The translations under genes were made by a program, and so were the position numbers. A stretch of 64,000 nucleotides of DNA from Deinococcus sp. Lineage in GTDB: Bacteria; Deinococcota; Deinococci; Deinococcales; Deinococcaceae. Of the stretch, positions 32,551 to 41,926 are shown piece by piece (within the stretch, counting starts at the first letter, position 1; each line of letters begins with the position of its first letter). Location of the stretch: NCBI GenBank assembly GCA_965261005.1, contig OZ253375.1, forward strand, positions 2,016,001-2,080,000. Reading direction: 5' to 3'. The notes beneath the pieces were generated by a model that ran no database searches, was not told the origin of the DNA, and saw only the letters and a program-made list of their open reading frames with translations.

Positions 32551-32638
32551 CAGCGAACGTCAAGAATAAAATGTCGCCAAGAAGCGACCTTTCGGTAAAT
32601 AACAAGGCGATGGTATCTGTTTGCCAAGGTAAAAGATG

Positions 32639-32990
32639 CACCTTCCGGGTCTTCGCCGCCAACCTGCCCTACAACCTCGCGCTCGAACAGCTGGACAAGA
32701 AGCTGAAAGAGGCCACGCCCGAAAAGCTGCACGACCGTGAGGGCTTGCAGGCCGCGATCAAAAGCTGGACGAAGCTGCTCGACGGCATGCACGAACTCCG
32801 GATCGGCGACAGCGCCGACGAGATGGCCCGCATGCTTCAGCTCGACGACACCAAGACCTATAGGGAGCTGAAAAGGGTGGGGGAAGTGAGGCTGGAAACT
32901 CGTGACAAACGGGCGCTCATAAATGCCTTACCCAGTTTGTGGCTCTCCTGGCACCCGAACGGCGACAGTCTTGCGGAGACATTGCAATGA
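32639..32990 (+). pseudogene. orphan duplicate of the lipase-protein C-terminal tip (cassette 2)
   Basis: Near-identical to 30589-30940 over its first ~220 bp, diverging toward the end (LWLSWHP conserved). Confidence 0.85.
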
Positions 32991-33114
32991 AGCAACGCGT
33001 TGGCTGGATGGGGGCGGGCGTGATGGTATTGGCTGCGGTAGTGCTGGCGCGGAACACTCAGGAAGGTGGTATGCAGAACAAGGACAGGACTTGACCGAAC
33101 TGGAACGGGCGGTG
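32987..33114 (+). pseudogene. truncated second immunity-like gene
   Basis: ATGA-coupled MKQRVGWMGAGVMVLAAVVLARNTQEGGMQNKD, homologous to MTRALSW...ARTTQGGNVQTKD; breaks at ~33090. Confidence 0.7.
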
Positions 33115-33639
33115 GTGCGCTACGGTTCGGTGGACCCGGCGGAAGTGGACGCGCAGGGACGGCTAAAGCCGGACGTGTGGGTGATGGAGGTGTTGCAACA
33201 CGTCTCCAAGACCAAGAACGACCCGCTGTTTCAGCACGACGCGGCGCGCTCGAAGGTGGTGGGCGGGTTGACGGCGGCGCTGTTCATGACCTTCAAGGTG
33301 TACCAAGTCAACCTGGGCTACAACCTGCTGATGGAGTTCATCGAGGGCGAGGTCAAAAAGATGCCGCCCCAGAAGTACGCGGATTCAAAAGCGCTGACCA
33401 AGGGCTTGGCGGCGCTCGCCAAACGGATAGAAACTCAGACGAAGTTGCCGCTGACCAAAGAATCGCGTGAGCTGGCCCATCAGCTGGAGCTTGACGATAC
33501 TGCGGGTTACTTGTTCCTCGAAGCTTTGGGAAAACAAGACGTACCTGAGAATGACCGCAAAGACCTTGCCAACAGGGTGCGACAGCTCTGGCGTTCTTGG
33601 TGGCCGCAAGGCGACGCCTTGCTAGGGAGCGGGTCATGA
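33085..33639 (+). pseudogene. divergent orphan C-terminal region of a lipase paralog (cassette 3)
   Basis: Aligns with the last ~185 aa of 28544-30940 (TFKVYQVNLGYNL vs TFRVFAANLPYNL; LELDDT vs LQLDDT; LWRSWWPQG vs LWLSWHPDG). Confidence 0.8.
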
Positions 33640-33707
33640 AGCGTTGGATGTGGGCCGTGGCTGCCGCTTTGAGCTTGACGGCATTGGCTGTGAGGGGAAA
33701 CGGGTAG
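33636..33707 (+). pseudogene. start of third immunity-like gene cut by IS1
   Basis: ATGA-coupled MKRWMWAVAAALSLTALAVRGN signal peptide running directly into the IS1 end. Confidence 0.6.
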
Positions 33708-34456
33708 TGGCTGCATCAAGGTGAGGCGTGATAGTCGGAGATGAAGAGGGCGAGGGCAGCATGGCGGCAAGGAAGGGACTTTGAGAAGGAGAGCGTTGTG
33801 CGGACCAGGCGGCCCAGCCGTTGGTGCAGGGTGTTGTTGAAGCGCTCAACGTGCGTCGTGAACGCCTTCCCGATCAAACGACGTGTCCCCAGCAGCGGTT
33901 CATTGTAGGCGTCCCACTCGTCGGTACAGAAGGTCGCCTTCAGCCGCTGTTCGTACGTCAGCGGCAAGGCGTCCCACAGCTTGAAGGCCGTCTCCTGGCT
34001 GCGATCTCCGACAACCCAGCCCAGAATCCGGCGCGTCGTGCGTTCCAACGCGAACCACAACCACACCGGCTGCTGCTTGCTCCCAACAAAACTCCACACC
34101 TCGTCCAGCTCGATCACCAGTTCCTCAGGAGCCAGCCCTTCGGGAACAGGCGCAATGGTGCTCAGCTGCTCGGCTTTTTTTTAAGCCAGCGGATGACCGT
34201 GTTGCGGTGGATGCCGAACTGCCGCTCGACGCCTCGGATACTCGAACGCTCGGCAAGCGCCGTGAACACCTGCTGCCTGACCTCTTCGCTGTGCGCCACC
34301 GGAACAGCACCGGGACGAAAACGGCGGCCACACGCTTTACACAAGTACGTCTGCTCGCCTGCGGCGCTCTTCCCGTTCCTCACCACCCGCTCGCTTCCGC
34401 ACTCAGGACAACTCAACTCCATCCACTTAATGTATCACGCTAGAACAGCCACTACC
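33703..34456 (-). mobile_element. IS1-family insertion sequence
   Basis: Inverted repeats GGTAGTGGCTG / CAGCCACTACC; insA-insB organisation; no matching target duplication. Confidence 0.9.
33716..34422 (-). CDS. IS1-family transposase (InsA 34162-34422 + InsB) joined by -1 frameshift
   Basis: InsA zinc ribbon CPEC..CKAC and HTH; A8G slippery run at 34182-34174; Ins[24 protein letters not shown]. Confidence 0.88.
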
Positions 34457-34476
34457 CTAAAACGATTGTAGGTTGA

Positions 34477-36123
34477 TCAGGACGACTTGAACGTCTCCAC
34501 CGGCGCCTCCACCACATCCCGCCCCCGCGCCACGTCTCGCTGGCTCCTTCTGCCAAAGGCGTGGGCCAAATCGCGCTCGGAAAGGCGGACGACGGTGGGG
34601 CGGCCGTGCGGGCAGGCGTAGGGCTGGGCGCACGCGGCCAGGGCGAGCAACAAGTCCGGCCCCACCTCGGCGGTGACCATGCCGGCCTTGAGGCTGGGCG
34701 CGCAGGCCAAGCGCGCGAGGACCGCCCGCTTGGGGTCCCCCTCTCCCAATGCGGCGTCGAGGACCGTCTCGACCAGGCGCGCCACCGGCAGGCCGCTCAG
34801 GGCGGCGGGCAAGCTGCGCACCCGCGCCAAGCCCGCGCCGAAGTCCTCGACCACCAGCCCAAAGGCGCGCAACTCGGCGCCGCGCTCCGAGAGGCGGGCG
34901 CTTTGGTCGGGGGTGAGGTGCAGCAGCTCGGGATGGGGCAGCTCGACGCTCTCCGCAATCCCAAAGGCGCGCTCCAGCTTTTCAAACCAGACCCGCTCGT
35001 GCGCGGCGTGGGCGTCCAGCAGCCACAAGTCCCCCTCACCCTCGGCCAGCAGGTAGGTGTCGCGGTACACGCCGATGGGGCGCAAGTCGGGAAAGTGCGC
35101 CGCCGACTTGGGAAGGGCCTGGGCCGCGCGCAACGGGGGCGCCGAACGGGTGAGGGGATGGGCCAGCAGGGCGGCGCGCACGGCCCCCGTCAGGCGTTCC
35201 GCCAACCCTTGCACGCCGGCCAGCGCGACCTGGGCCTTGGCGGGGTGGACGTTGGGGTTCACGTCCTCTGGGGGCAGGCGCACGTCTAGCACGCACAGCG
35301 GGGCCTGGCCCGCCGGCAGCAGCTCGCCGTAGCCGGCGATCACGGCCTTTTCGAGTTCAAGCGGAAACAGCACCGGGCGCCCGTTCACCGCCAGGTGCAT
35401 GCGGTCGCGGCGCGGGCGGGTCAGCTCCGGGCGCGACAGGACGCCGGAAACAAAGTTTCCTTCCAGCTCCAGCATCCGGTTGGCGACCACCGGCCCGTAC
35501 ACGCTCGCCACCGCCCCGCGCGCGTCCGAGGGGGCGTGTTGCAGCCTCACCTCGCCGTCCGCGCTCAGCTTCCAATGGAGGCCGGGGTGGTGCAGCGCGT
35601 AGCGGCCCAGCAGCGCCACCACCTCACGCAGCTCGGTCGCCTCCGGCGCCTGAGTACGCAGGCGGGCGGGCAAGTGGCCGAACAGGTTCGTCACGGTCAC
35701 GCTGGTGCCGGCTGGCGCCGTGACGCGCTCCAAGCTCACCTCGTCCCCGCGCGCCGTCAGCCTGACCGCCCCCAGCTGCGCGGTAGGCCGTGTGATCAGG
35801 ATCAGCTCGCCGGCCTGGGCGACGCTCCACAGCGCCTCGCCGCGAAAGCCGAGGGTCTTGATGCGGTCCATATCACCCAGCTTGCTGGTCGCGTGACGCG
35901 CGGGGGCCAGCGGCACCTGGTCCCCTGGAATGCCCGCCCCGTTGTCGCGCACCCGAATGCGCGCGAGGCCGCCCCCGTCAAGGTCCACCTCGACGCGGCT
36001 CGCCCCGGCGTCCAGCGCGTTGTCCACCAGCTCCCGCACCACGTCGAGGGGACGCGACACGACCTCGCCCGCCGCGATGAGGCGGGCGAGGTCGGGCGGC
36101 AAGACGCGAATGGGGCCGGCCAT
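34477..36123 (-). CDS. mutL: DNA mismatch repair endonuclease MutL
   Basis: IAAGEVV, ELVDNALDAGA, LGFRGEAL, DAHAAHER, CPHGRP. Confidence 0.96.
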   Translation of the reverse strand: MAGPIRVLPPDLARLIAAGEVVSRPLDVVRELVDNALDAGASRVEVDLDGGGLARIRVRDNGAGIPGDQVPLAPARHATSKLGDMDRIKTLGFRGEALWSVAQAGELILITRPTAQLGAVRLTARGDEVSLERVTAPAGTSVTVTNLFGHLPARLRTQAPEATELREVVALLGRYALHHPGLHWKLSADGEVRLQHAPSDARGAVASVYGPVVANRMLELEGNFVSGVLSRPELTRPRRDRMHLAVNGRPVLFPLELEKAVIAGYGELLPAGQAPLCVLDVRLPPEDVNPNVHPAKAQVALAGVQGLAERLTGAVRAALLAHPLTRSAPPLRAAQALPKSAAHFPDLRPIGVYRDTYLLAEGEGDLWLLDAHAAHERVWFEKLERAFGIAESVELPHPELLHLTPDQSARLSERGAELRAFGLVVEDFGAGLARVRSLPAALSGLPVARLVETVLDAALGEGDPKRAVLARLACAPSLKAGMVTAEVGPDLLLALAACAQPYACPHGRPTVVRLSERDLAHAFGRRSQRDVARGRDVVEAPVETFKSS

Positions 36124-36219
36124 GCGGGCAGTATCGCGCGCTGGGCGAAGAAACTTGGTAATACGTGGCGGCTTGCGGCGATCCCGAGACCGCCAGAATT
36201 CGTTTACACTGTTGTGCAA

Positions 36220-36861
36220 GTGTTGAAGCGCACGCTTAAGAGGGCTTTGCCCGCCTGTCTGGCCCTATTTTGCTCTGCCATGGCCGGGCCGGACATGTTA
36301 AGCGGACGCGTCATCAGTTGGAATCTGGGCGAGGGCGAGGTGATGTTGGTGACTTTTGGCGAGCGTAACTTCGTCCAGACGCGCGCGGGTCATGTCTCGG
36401 CGTCCGGCCGCTTGGGCGGCGTCCTGCCGGCGATGCCGGGCGGAACTTCCGTGATTGACCTTGCCGGACATTTGAGCGCGCCGTCCGACATGTGTCGAGG
36501 CCGTGGACCGCAAACCATCTTGGCCGTCAAGGTGAACCTGATCTACGGCGTTCAAGTCGTTGATGGTGTTGGCAAGGCAATCGCCGTGCTGATCGCGCCG
36601 CGAATAGGCGATCCGGTTCAATCGGTGCCGATGTACGCAGATAAGGCGGCCCAGATTGACCTCACCTTGACTTGCGCCAGAGAAGACGGTTCCGTGACAG
36701 ACGCCGTGGTGCTCAAGCTCAAGCTGGCGCGAGGTTGGAACGTCGCGCGCCTGAGCGTGGTCACCAGGGCCGGACCGCCAGAGCTTACCGTGACCACCGT
36801 CGAGGCCACGCCCGGCTTTCCGGCCACTTGGGACTTCGCCAAGCTTGGCCGCGCTCCATGA
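36220..36861 (+). CDS. hypothetical exported protein (LKLxxGWN motif)
   Basis: Signal-like N-terminus; paralog of the next gene; start uncertain. Confidence 0.6.
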   Translation: MLKRTLKRALPACLALFCSAMAGPDMLSGRVISWNLGEGEVMLVTFGERNFVQTRAGHVSASGRLGGVLPAMPGGTSVIDLAGHLSAPSDMCRGRGPQTILAVKVNLIYGVQVVDGVGKAIAVLIAPRIGDPVQSVPMYADKAAQIDLTLTCAREDGSVTDAVVLKLKLARGWNVARLSVVTRAGPPELTVTTVEATPGFPATWDFAKLGRAP

Positions 36862-37559
36862 GCGCCCCTTCGCGTGGCTTCCGGTCGCCCACTGCCCGAA
36901 GTTACACACGCCTTCTGTGCTGTCTCACGTTTGTCGCGCTCTCGCCGGGATTATGCAGAGGTTCGGCTTTGAACGCCGCGCCTGCCTTAAGCGGCCAGGT
37001 GGCGAACTGGAAGCTGGGCACGTCCCAATTGGTCGCCTATTTCATGGGGCTTGACCGGACGAAGACGGTCGTATTGGGCCGCGTTTCCGCCGATGGTATC
37101 TTGAGTGGCCGGTTGCCAAACGCACAGGACGTCAAACCCTTTCTGTACACGTTTCAGACCAACCCCGAATGGGGCGGGACTTGCCGCGCCGAATTCGGCC
37201 GGGGGCGTCCCGTGTTTCGGCTGGCGACGCTGGACTACTTTTATACACAAAACGCCGCCGGCAGGGCGTCCATGAGGCTGCTGCCCTACACCCAGCAAGC
37301 TGACGCCGTTGAAGTCTTGACGCCCATGTACGCGGACCGCTCCGTTCAAGTCGAGGGGCGGCAGGTGTGCAGCGACCAGAGCGGAAGCGACACCGCGTTC
37401 AGGATTTACCACCTAAAGTTGGTCAAAGGCTGGAACTTGGTTACGGTGCGTTCCGTGGCAGGTCATCGTCCGCAACGGTTCTTCGCGGACGATTATCAAT
37501 CGGTCGTCTATACCAACGCCGCTCGGTTTCCCGGCCGCTGGCTCGCGATCACGCCTTGA
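36858..37559 (+). CDS. hypothetical exported protein (LKLxxGWN motif)
   Basis: ATGA overlap; shares LSGxVxxW, PMYAD and LKLxxGWN with the upstream gene. Confidence 0.65.
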   Translation: MSAPSRGFRSPTARSYTRLLCCLTFVALSPGLCRGSALNAAPALSGQVANWKLGTSQLVAYFMGLDRTKTVVLGRVSADGILSGRLPNAQDVKPFLYTFQTNPEWGGTCRAEFGRGRPVFRLATLDYFYTQNAAGRASMRLLPYTQQADAVEVLTPMYADRSVQVEGRQVCSDQSGSDTAFRIYHLKLVKGWNLVTVRSVAGHRPQRFFADDYQSVVYTNAARFPGRWLAITP

Positions 37560-37752
37560 GCTGCGCCGCGACCTCCCTTGGCCGGAAAGACTTGGTGGCG
37601 AAGGGTCGAAAGGGAACGGCGCGTGCCATAGCGCCGGCAACATGAAACTCTTGACCCTCGGCATCGGCTTTTATAGCGACAAGCACGGCGCGTGGCGTGA
37701 GCGAAGAGCGCTGATTCTGGACGCGCTGCCGCGCTTACCCTTGTCAGAATTC

Positions 37753-37916
37753 ATACGGGATTGCTTTGATTCCAACCTGTGTTGAGAAAAGGCCAACATA
37801 GGTTTCCATCGTCGCTATCCCGTATTTTTCTGTACTCGCCCCGCGTCTTGGGCAGAACGGCACCCGTATGGGGCCTGCCCGCTCGGATGCGTCTTCGACT
37901 TATCTTAAATTCGTAT
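37753..37916 (+). repeat. Deinococcus-type small non-coding repeat / MITE
   Basis: ATACG...CGTAT ends; inverted near-copy at 55461-55622. Confidence 0.85.
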
Positions 37917-37929
37917 TAGAGTGCCGGGC

Positions 37930-38445
37930 ATGATCCTTGAACTGCGCCATTCCCGCCAAGACGAGCGCGAGCGGCTGTGGCAGCTGATCTACGGCGACCT
38001 CAGCTGGAAGGAGTGGGACGCCCCGTACTGGCCCATCGAGAAGGTCCCGACGCTGGAGGAGTATTTAGAGCTTGTCAAGGCCGCCCCGGTCAACCCCTGG
38101 CGAAAGTACGTCGCGCTGGACGGCGAGCTGTGCGGCCTGGTCAACGCCAGCTGGGAAGATGCGGCGAGCGGCTGGGCCGAGGCCGGCATCGTCTTGTACC
38201 GCCCCGGAAACTGGGGGCGCGGCCTGGGTCGGCGGGCGCTCACCCTCTGGCTGGAGGAGCTGTTCGCGGACGCACGCCTTCACCGCGTCTCGCTGACCAC
38301 CTGGAGCGGGAACGAACGCATGGTCAAGCTGGCCCTGAGTCTGGGCTTCACCGAGGAGGCCCGTATGCGCGAGGCGCGGCTGTGGCGGGGGCGGCGCTGG
38401 GACAGCGTGCGCTACGGGATATTGCGGCGGGAGTGGCGAGGATGA
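37930..38445 (+). CDS. RimJ/RimL-type GNAT acetyltransferase
   Basis: WKEWDAPY, WGRGLG, TTWSGNERM, WDSVRYGILRREW. Confidence 0.9.
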   Translation: MILELRHSRQDERERLWQLIYGDLSWKEWDAPYWPIEKVPTLEEYLELVKAAPVNPWRKYVALDGELCGLVNASWEDAASGWAEAGIVLYRPGNWGRGLGRRALTLWLEELFADARLHRVSLTTWSGNERMVKLALSLGFTEEARMREARLWRGRRWDSVRYGILRREWRG

Positions 38446-38446
38446 C

Positions 38447-38989
38447 TTATGGACAGCCGTAGCGCAAATTGTCGGGAGAAGGCAGCGTCAGCGTGTAGTT
38501 GGGCATACTGTAGGACTTTTGGCAAGTCCGTCTACCCTGCACGTCGAGCTTGGTCACCGTCAACGTGTAGTTGAACGCCTTCCACACATCCATTCCGCCG
38601 CGCTCCACCGGCAAGACACCCGACAGCGTTCGCATTGGCGTGCGGAAGGCGGAAATGAGGTTACCCGGCAGCTTCGAGGCCACGTTCCCCGGTTGGTCCA
38701 GATACACGCCGCACCATACCAAGCGGGCTTGCCCAGACTTCACTTGAAAGGCGAAGCCCTGCCCATAGCTGAGCTGGTAAAAGCGGTCCGCTCGCCCTGC
38801 CGGAAAGGTAAATGTGCCCCCCGTAGACTCGCTGTCCCGCGCGTCAACTCCACATCGCTGGATAGCCTGGAGATGTGTCTCGAAGTAGTGTCCAACGGCT
38901 CGAAGCGTGTGGGCGCGCTGGGCGTTGAGGCTGGAGGTCTGCGCCGCTCCCAGGCAAGACAGGGCGATCAGCAAAGCGAACGTCCGCAT
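38447..38989 (-). CDS. hypothetical secreted protein
   Basis: MRTFALLIALSCLGAAQ signal peptide; no recognisable domain. Confidence 0.55.
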   Translation of the reverse strand: MRTFALLIALSCLGAAQTSSLNAQRAHTLRAVGHYFETHLQAIQRCGVDARDSESTGGTFTFPAGRADRFYQLSYGQGFAFQVKSGQARLVWCGVYLDQPGNVASKLPGNLISAFRTPMRTLSGVLPVERGGMDVWKAFNYTLTVTKLDVQGRRTCQKSYSMPNYTLTLPSPDNLRYGCP

Positions 38990-39041
38990 GGCTCGCAGTT
39001 CACCACAATCAACCAATCTCATTCTGACGTTACCCGCCCGC

Positions 39042-39258
39042 TTAATCCCGGCGCGCGACGAACACCATCACCCGGCTTTCAGGCGTTAGCGGCCCGCGCT
39101 TCCAGTCGCCGTACACCTGTTCGACGGTAAAGCCGGCCCCGGTCAAAGATTCAGTCAGCTCGGCCAAGCTGCGAAAGCGCAGCTCGCTGTCCACCACCAC
39201 GTCCTCCTCCGTCTCCGCAAAGACGTTGTGAGCGACGAAGTGAACCCGCCCGCCCACC
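39042..39258 (-). pseudogene. 3' fragment of a SAM methyltransferase paralogous to 42022-42774
   Basis: GRVHFVAHNVFAET...VEQVYGDW..GPLTPESRVMVFVAR, nearly the same as the intact gene's C-terminus. Confidence 0.85.
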
Positions 39259-39489
39259 GAGTACCTGCACACGCTGCGCTACGACACCGCCAGCTCCACC
39301 GGCGACGCGCCCCTGCACGCCCTGCGCGGCTTGGTGGGACCGGAGGGGGTGCTGTTCGGCAGCGACTTCCCGTACATCCCGCCCGCCTTGATCGAGGCGG
39401 GCGTCCGCGAGCTGCGCGCCTTTCCGGAGTTTGACGTGGCGGCGCGGGAGCGAGTGGAGCGGGTGAACGCGCTCGACTTGCTGAAATGA
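39250..39489 (+). pseudogene. C-terminal fragment of an amidohydrolase_2-family gene
   Basis: PTEYLHTLRYDTA...VLFGSDFPY...VERVNALDLL-stop; no 5' part. Confidence 0.75.
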
Positions 39490-39491
39490 GC

Positions 39492-40766
39492 CTACTCGCT
39501 CACCGGACCCGGCTCCGGCGTCCCCAGCCGCGCCCCCGCCCGCCGCCCCGCGCCCAGCCAAGCGCGCAGCGCCCGGTAGCCGCCCGCCTTGCTCGGCATG
39601 AACCATAAAAAAAAGGCGAGGCGGGCCAGCCAGCCCGGCCAGCCGCTCAGCTGCACGCCCCACAGCTCGGTGAGGCCCCCGCCGGCGCGCACGCTGGCCG
39701 ATTGGCCCAGGCCGCCGTAGGCGAACGGCTGGACGGGGCGGCCCCTCACCACGGCGGCCATGTTGTTGCCCACGCACATGCCCTGCTTCATGGCCCACAG
39801 CGCGTTGACCGGGCAGGTGCCCTCACCGCGCGGCAACGGCACGCTCGCCGCGTCGCCGGCCGCCCAAACGTGCGGCTGGCCCCGGACGCGCAGCGCCTCA
39901 TCCACCAACAGCTGCCCGCCCGGCGTGCGGGCCAGCGCCTCGGTGCCGGGCAAGGCTGAAAAGGCCACACCTGCCGTGTAGAGGACCACGTCGAAGGGCA
40001 GGGCCTCGCCGGAGTCCAACTCCACGCCTTGCGGGGTGAGGCGCCGCACGCGGGCGCCGTAGCGCACCCGCACGCCCGAGCGCCCCAATTCCCGCGCCGC
40101 GTAGTCGGCCAGCTTGGCGTAGCGGGGCCGCAGCGTGTCCAGCAGTTGAGCGCCGGCCGTCATCAGCGTGAGGTCGAGGGCCGCGCCGCGCCGCGCCGCC
40201 AACTCGCGAATCGCGGCGGCCATCTCGACGCCCGCGAAGCCGCCGCCGATCACCAAGACGCGGGCGGGCGGGCGGCCTGCGGGGTGGTCCGCCGCCAGCG
40301 CGAAGAGGCGCCGGCGAAAACGCTGCATGTCGCGGGTGTCCTTGAGCCGCCAGCCGTGCTCGCGCAGACCGGGCACCCGCTCAAACGGGTCGCCCGAACC
40401 CGTGCCCAGCAGCAGGTGGTCGTAGGGCACAGTTTCCTGGGCGCCGTCCGGGGTGGTCACGGTCACGCGGCGCGCGGCCAGGTCAACCTGGGTGGCCCGG
40501 CCCAGCAGCACGCGGGCAAAGCGCAACAGCGGGGCCAGCGGCGTCAGCGTCACCTCCAGCGGCAGCCGGTCGGCCAGCACCTCGCCGGTCCAGCCGTGAA
40601 AGGTGTGGTAGGGGTCGGGGTTGACCACCGTGACCTGTACCTCGCCGCCGCGCAGACGCGGCCCGAGGCGGCGTGCCAGCGCCTTGTAGGCGTCAATGCT
40701 GGCGTAGCCCGCGCCCAGCAGCACGATCCGCACGGGCTGCTCGTGGATAGGCTCTTCGCGCGTCAC
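39492..40766 (-). CDS. NDH-2-like FAD/NAD(P)H oxidoreductase
   Basis: LLGAGYA, YDHLLLGTGS, VIGGGFAGVEMA, WAAGDAA; GTGA overlap with the upstream gene. Confidence 0.88.
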   Translation of the reverse strand: MTREEPIHEQPVRIVLLGAGYASIDAYKALARRLGPRLRGGEVQVTVVNPDPYHTFHGWTGEVLADRLPLEVTLTPLAPLLRFARVLLGRATQVDLAARRVTVTTPDGAQETVPYDHLLLGTGSGDPFERVPGLREHGWRLKDTRDMQRFRRRLFALAADHPAGRPPARVLVIGGGFAGVEMAAAIRELAARRGAALDLTLMTAGAQLLDTLRPRYAKLADYAARELGRSGVRVRYGARVRRLTPQGVELDSGEALPFDVVLYTAGVAFSALPGTEALARTPGGQLLVDEALRVRGQPHVWAAGDAASVPLPRGEGTCPVNALWAMKQGMCVGNNMAAVVRGRPVQPFAYGGLGQSASVRAGGGLTELWGVQLSGWPGWLARLAFFLWFMPSKAGGYRALRAWLGAGRRAGARLGTPEPGPVSE

Positions 40767-41854
40767 GAGGGCGCCAAGCCGGCGGCGTCCGGCACGTCGG
40801 CGGCCGGCGCGTCCCCGGTTCGCGCCGGGGCGACCAGCGGCTCGCCAAAGGAGTGAAAGGGGGCCAGGTGAAAGCCCAGGTGGGCGTAGTGGCGCGCGAG
40901 GTCCAGCATGGTCTCGGCCTGCTCCACGCTCGGCAACCTCAGCGAGAAGTGCCCCCGGTGCCCGGCCAGCGAGAGCAGCATCGTCTCGGCCAGGCAGGCG
41001 TAGGCCAGGCCGCGCGGCAAGCCGACGCTGCCGCGCAGGCGCATGGCCGGCACCTCCACCAAGCCGCCGTCCACGATCAGCACGTCGGGCCGCTGGGCTT
41101 TCAGGGCCGGGTCGGTGTTGCGCGGCTGGGTGTCGTCCAGCACCACGGCCCCCTCTTTCAAGTGCGAACTGGTCAGCAGCGCCTCGCCCGAGCTGGTCAG
41201 CAGCACCACCAAGTCGGCCCGGCGCACGTCCGTCATGTCGGTGCTGACCCGCGCCCGCGCGCCTTGCGGCAAGGCGGCGCGCAACGTCTCCAGGCGGCCC
41301 GGGTGGCGGGCGATCAGCAGCAGTTCGCCGGCGTCGCGGCGGGCCAGAAGTTGGGCCACGCAGCTGCCAACGCTGCCGCTGGCCCCCACCAGCGCGATGG
41401 TCGGGTGGGCCGGCAGTTGCGCCAGCAGCCGCAAGGCGCCCAGATACGTCATCGCGGCGGTCAAGGCGTTGCCGTTGGTCACGCCGATGTCCGTGCGCCC
41501 CGCCAACGTCTGCCCCCCGGCGGTGACCGGCGCGGTCAGACCGCCCAGCCCCACCAAGGTCGCGCCCAAATCGCGCGCCTTGTCCACGGCGGCGGCGACC
41601 CTCACCTGCACTTCCCGGCGCGGCAAACCCAGCAGCAGCCGCGCGCTCAGCGGCACGCTGATCAGCGTGCCCGTCGCCATGTGGCCTCCCTCGAAGCGGA
41701 TTCCGCCGGTGATGAGGGGCGGCAGCGGCAGCGCCCGCATGGCCCAGCCGTAGGCGCGCTCGGGCACCCAGCCGAACGGCGCGCCGAGCAGCAGGCCCAT
41801 GTCGCGGGCGACCGCGTTGCGGGGGTGAATCAGAAAGGCGAACTTGTCCGACAT
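40763..41854 (-). CDS. acyl-ACP reductase-like (COG5322-type) dehydrogenase
   Basis: FAFLIHP, LVGLGG, TNGNALTA, VGASGSVG, DGGLV, YACLAETMLL; AGGAG RBS. Confidence 0.75.
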   Translation of the reverse strand: MSDKFAFLIHPRNAVARDMGLLLGAPFGWVPERAYGWAMRALPLPPLITGGIRFEGGHMATGTLISVPLSARLLLGLPRREVQVRVAAAVDKARDLGATLVGLGGLTAPVTAGGQTLAGRTDIGVTNGNALTAAMTYLGALRLLAQLPAHPTIALVGASGSVGSCVAQLLARRDAGELLLIARHPGRLETLRAALPQGARARVSTDMTDVRRADLVVLLTSSGEALLTSSHLKEGAVVLDDTQPRNTDPALKAQRPDVLIVDGGLVEVPAMRLRGSVGLPRGLAYACLAETMLLSLAGHRGHFSLRLPSVEQAETMLDLARHYAHLGFHLAPFHSFGEPLVAPARTGDAPAADVPDAAGLAPS

Positions 41855-41926
41855 GGAATTCTCCTGTACGCGCGAAGTGAGCGGATGGAGGAACGACAAG
41901 CCTGATCACCCTGCAACGACACCCAG

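Noticed and set aside
35395..36861. 488-aa ORF overlapping mutL
   Set aside because: Only the part after ~36220 is plausible; the rest is antisense to mutL.
37642..37785. Short ORF MKLLTLGIGFYSDK...
   Set aside because: It runs into a repeat element, has no RBS or recognisable motif, and cannot be supported.
39492..41909. 805-aa ORF as a single fusion protein
   Set aside because: Its N-terminal half is an off-frame reading of the AAR-like gene; the real flavoprotein starts at GTG 40766.
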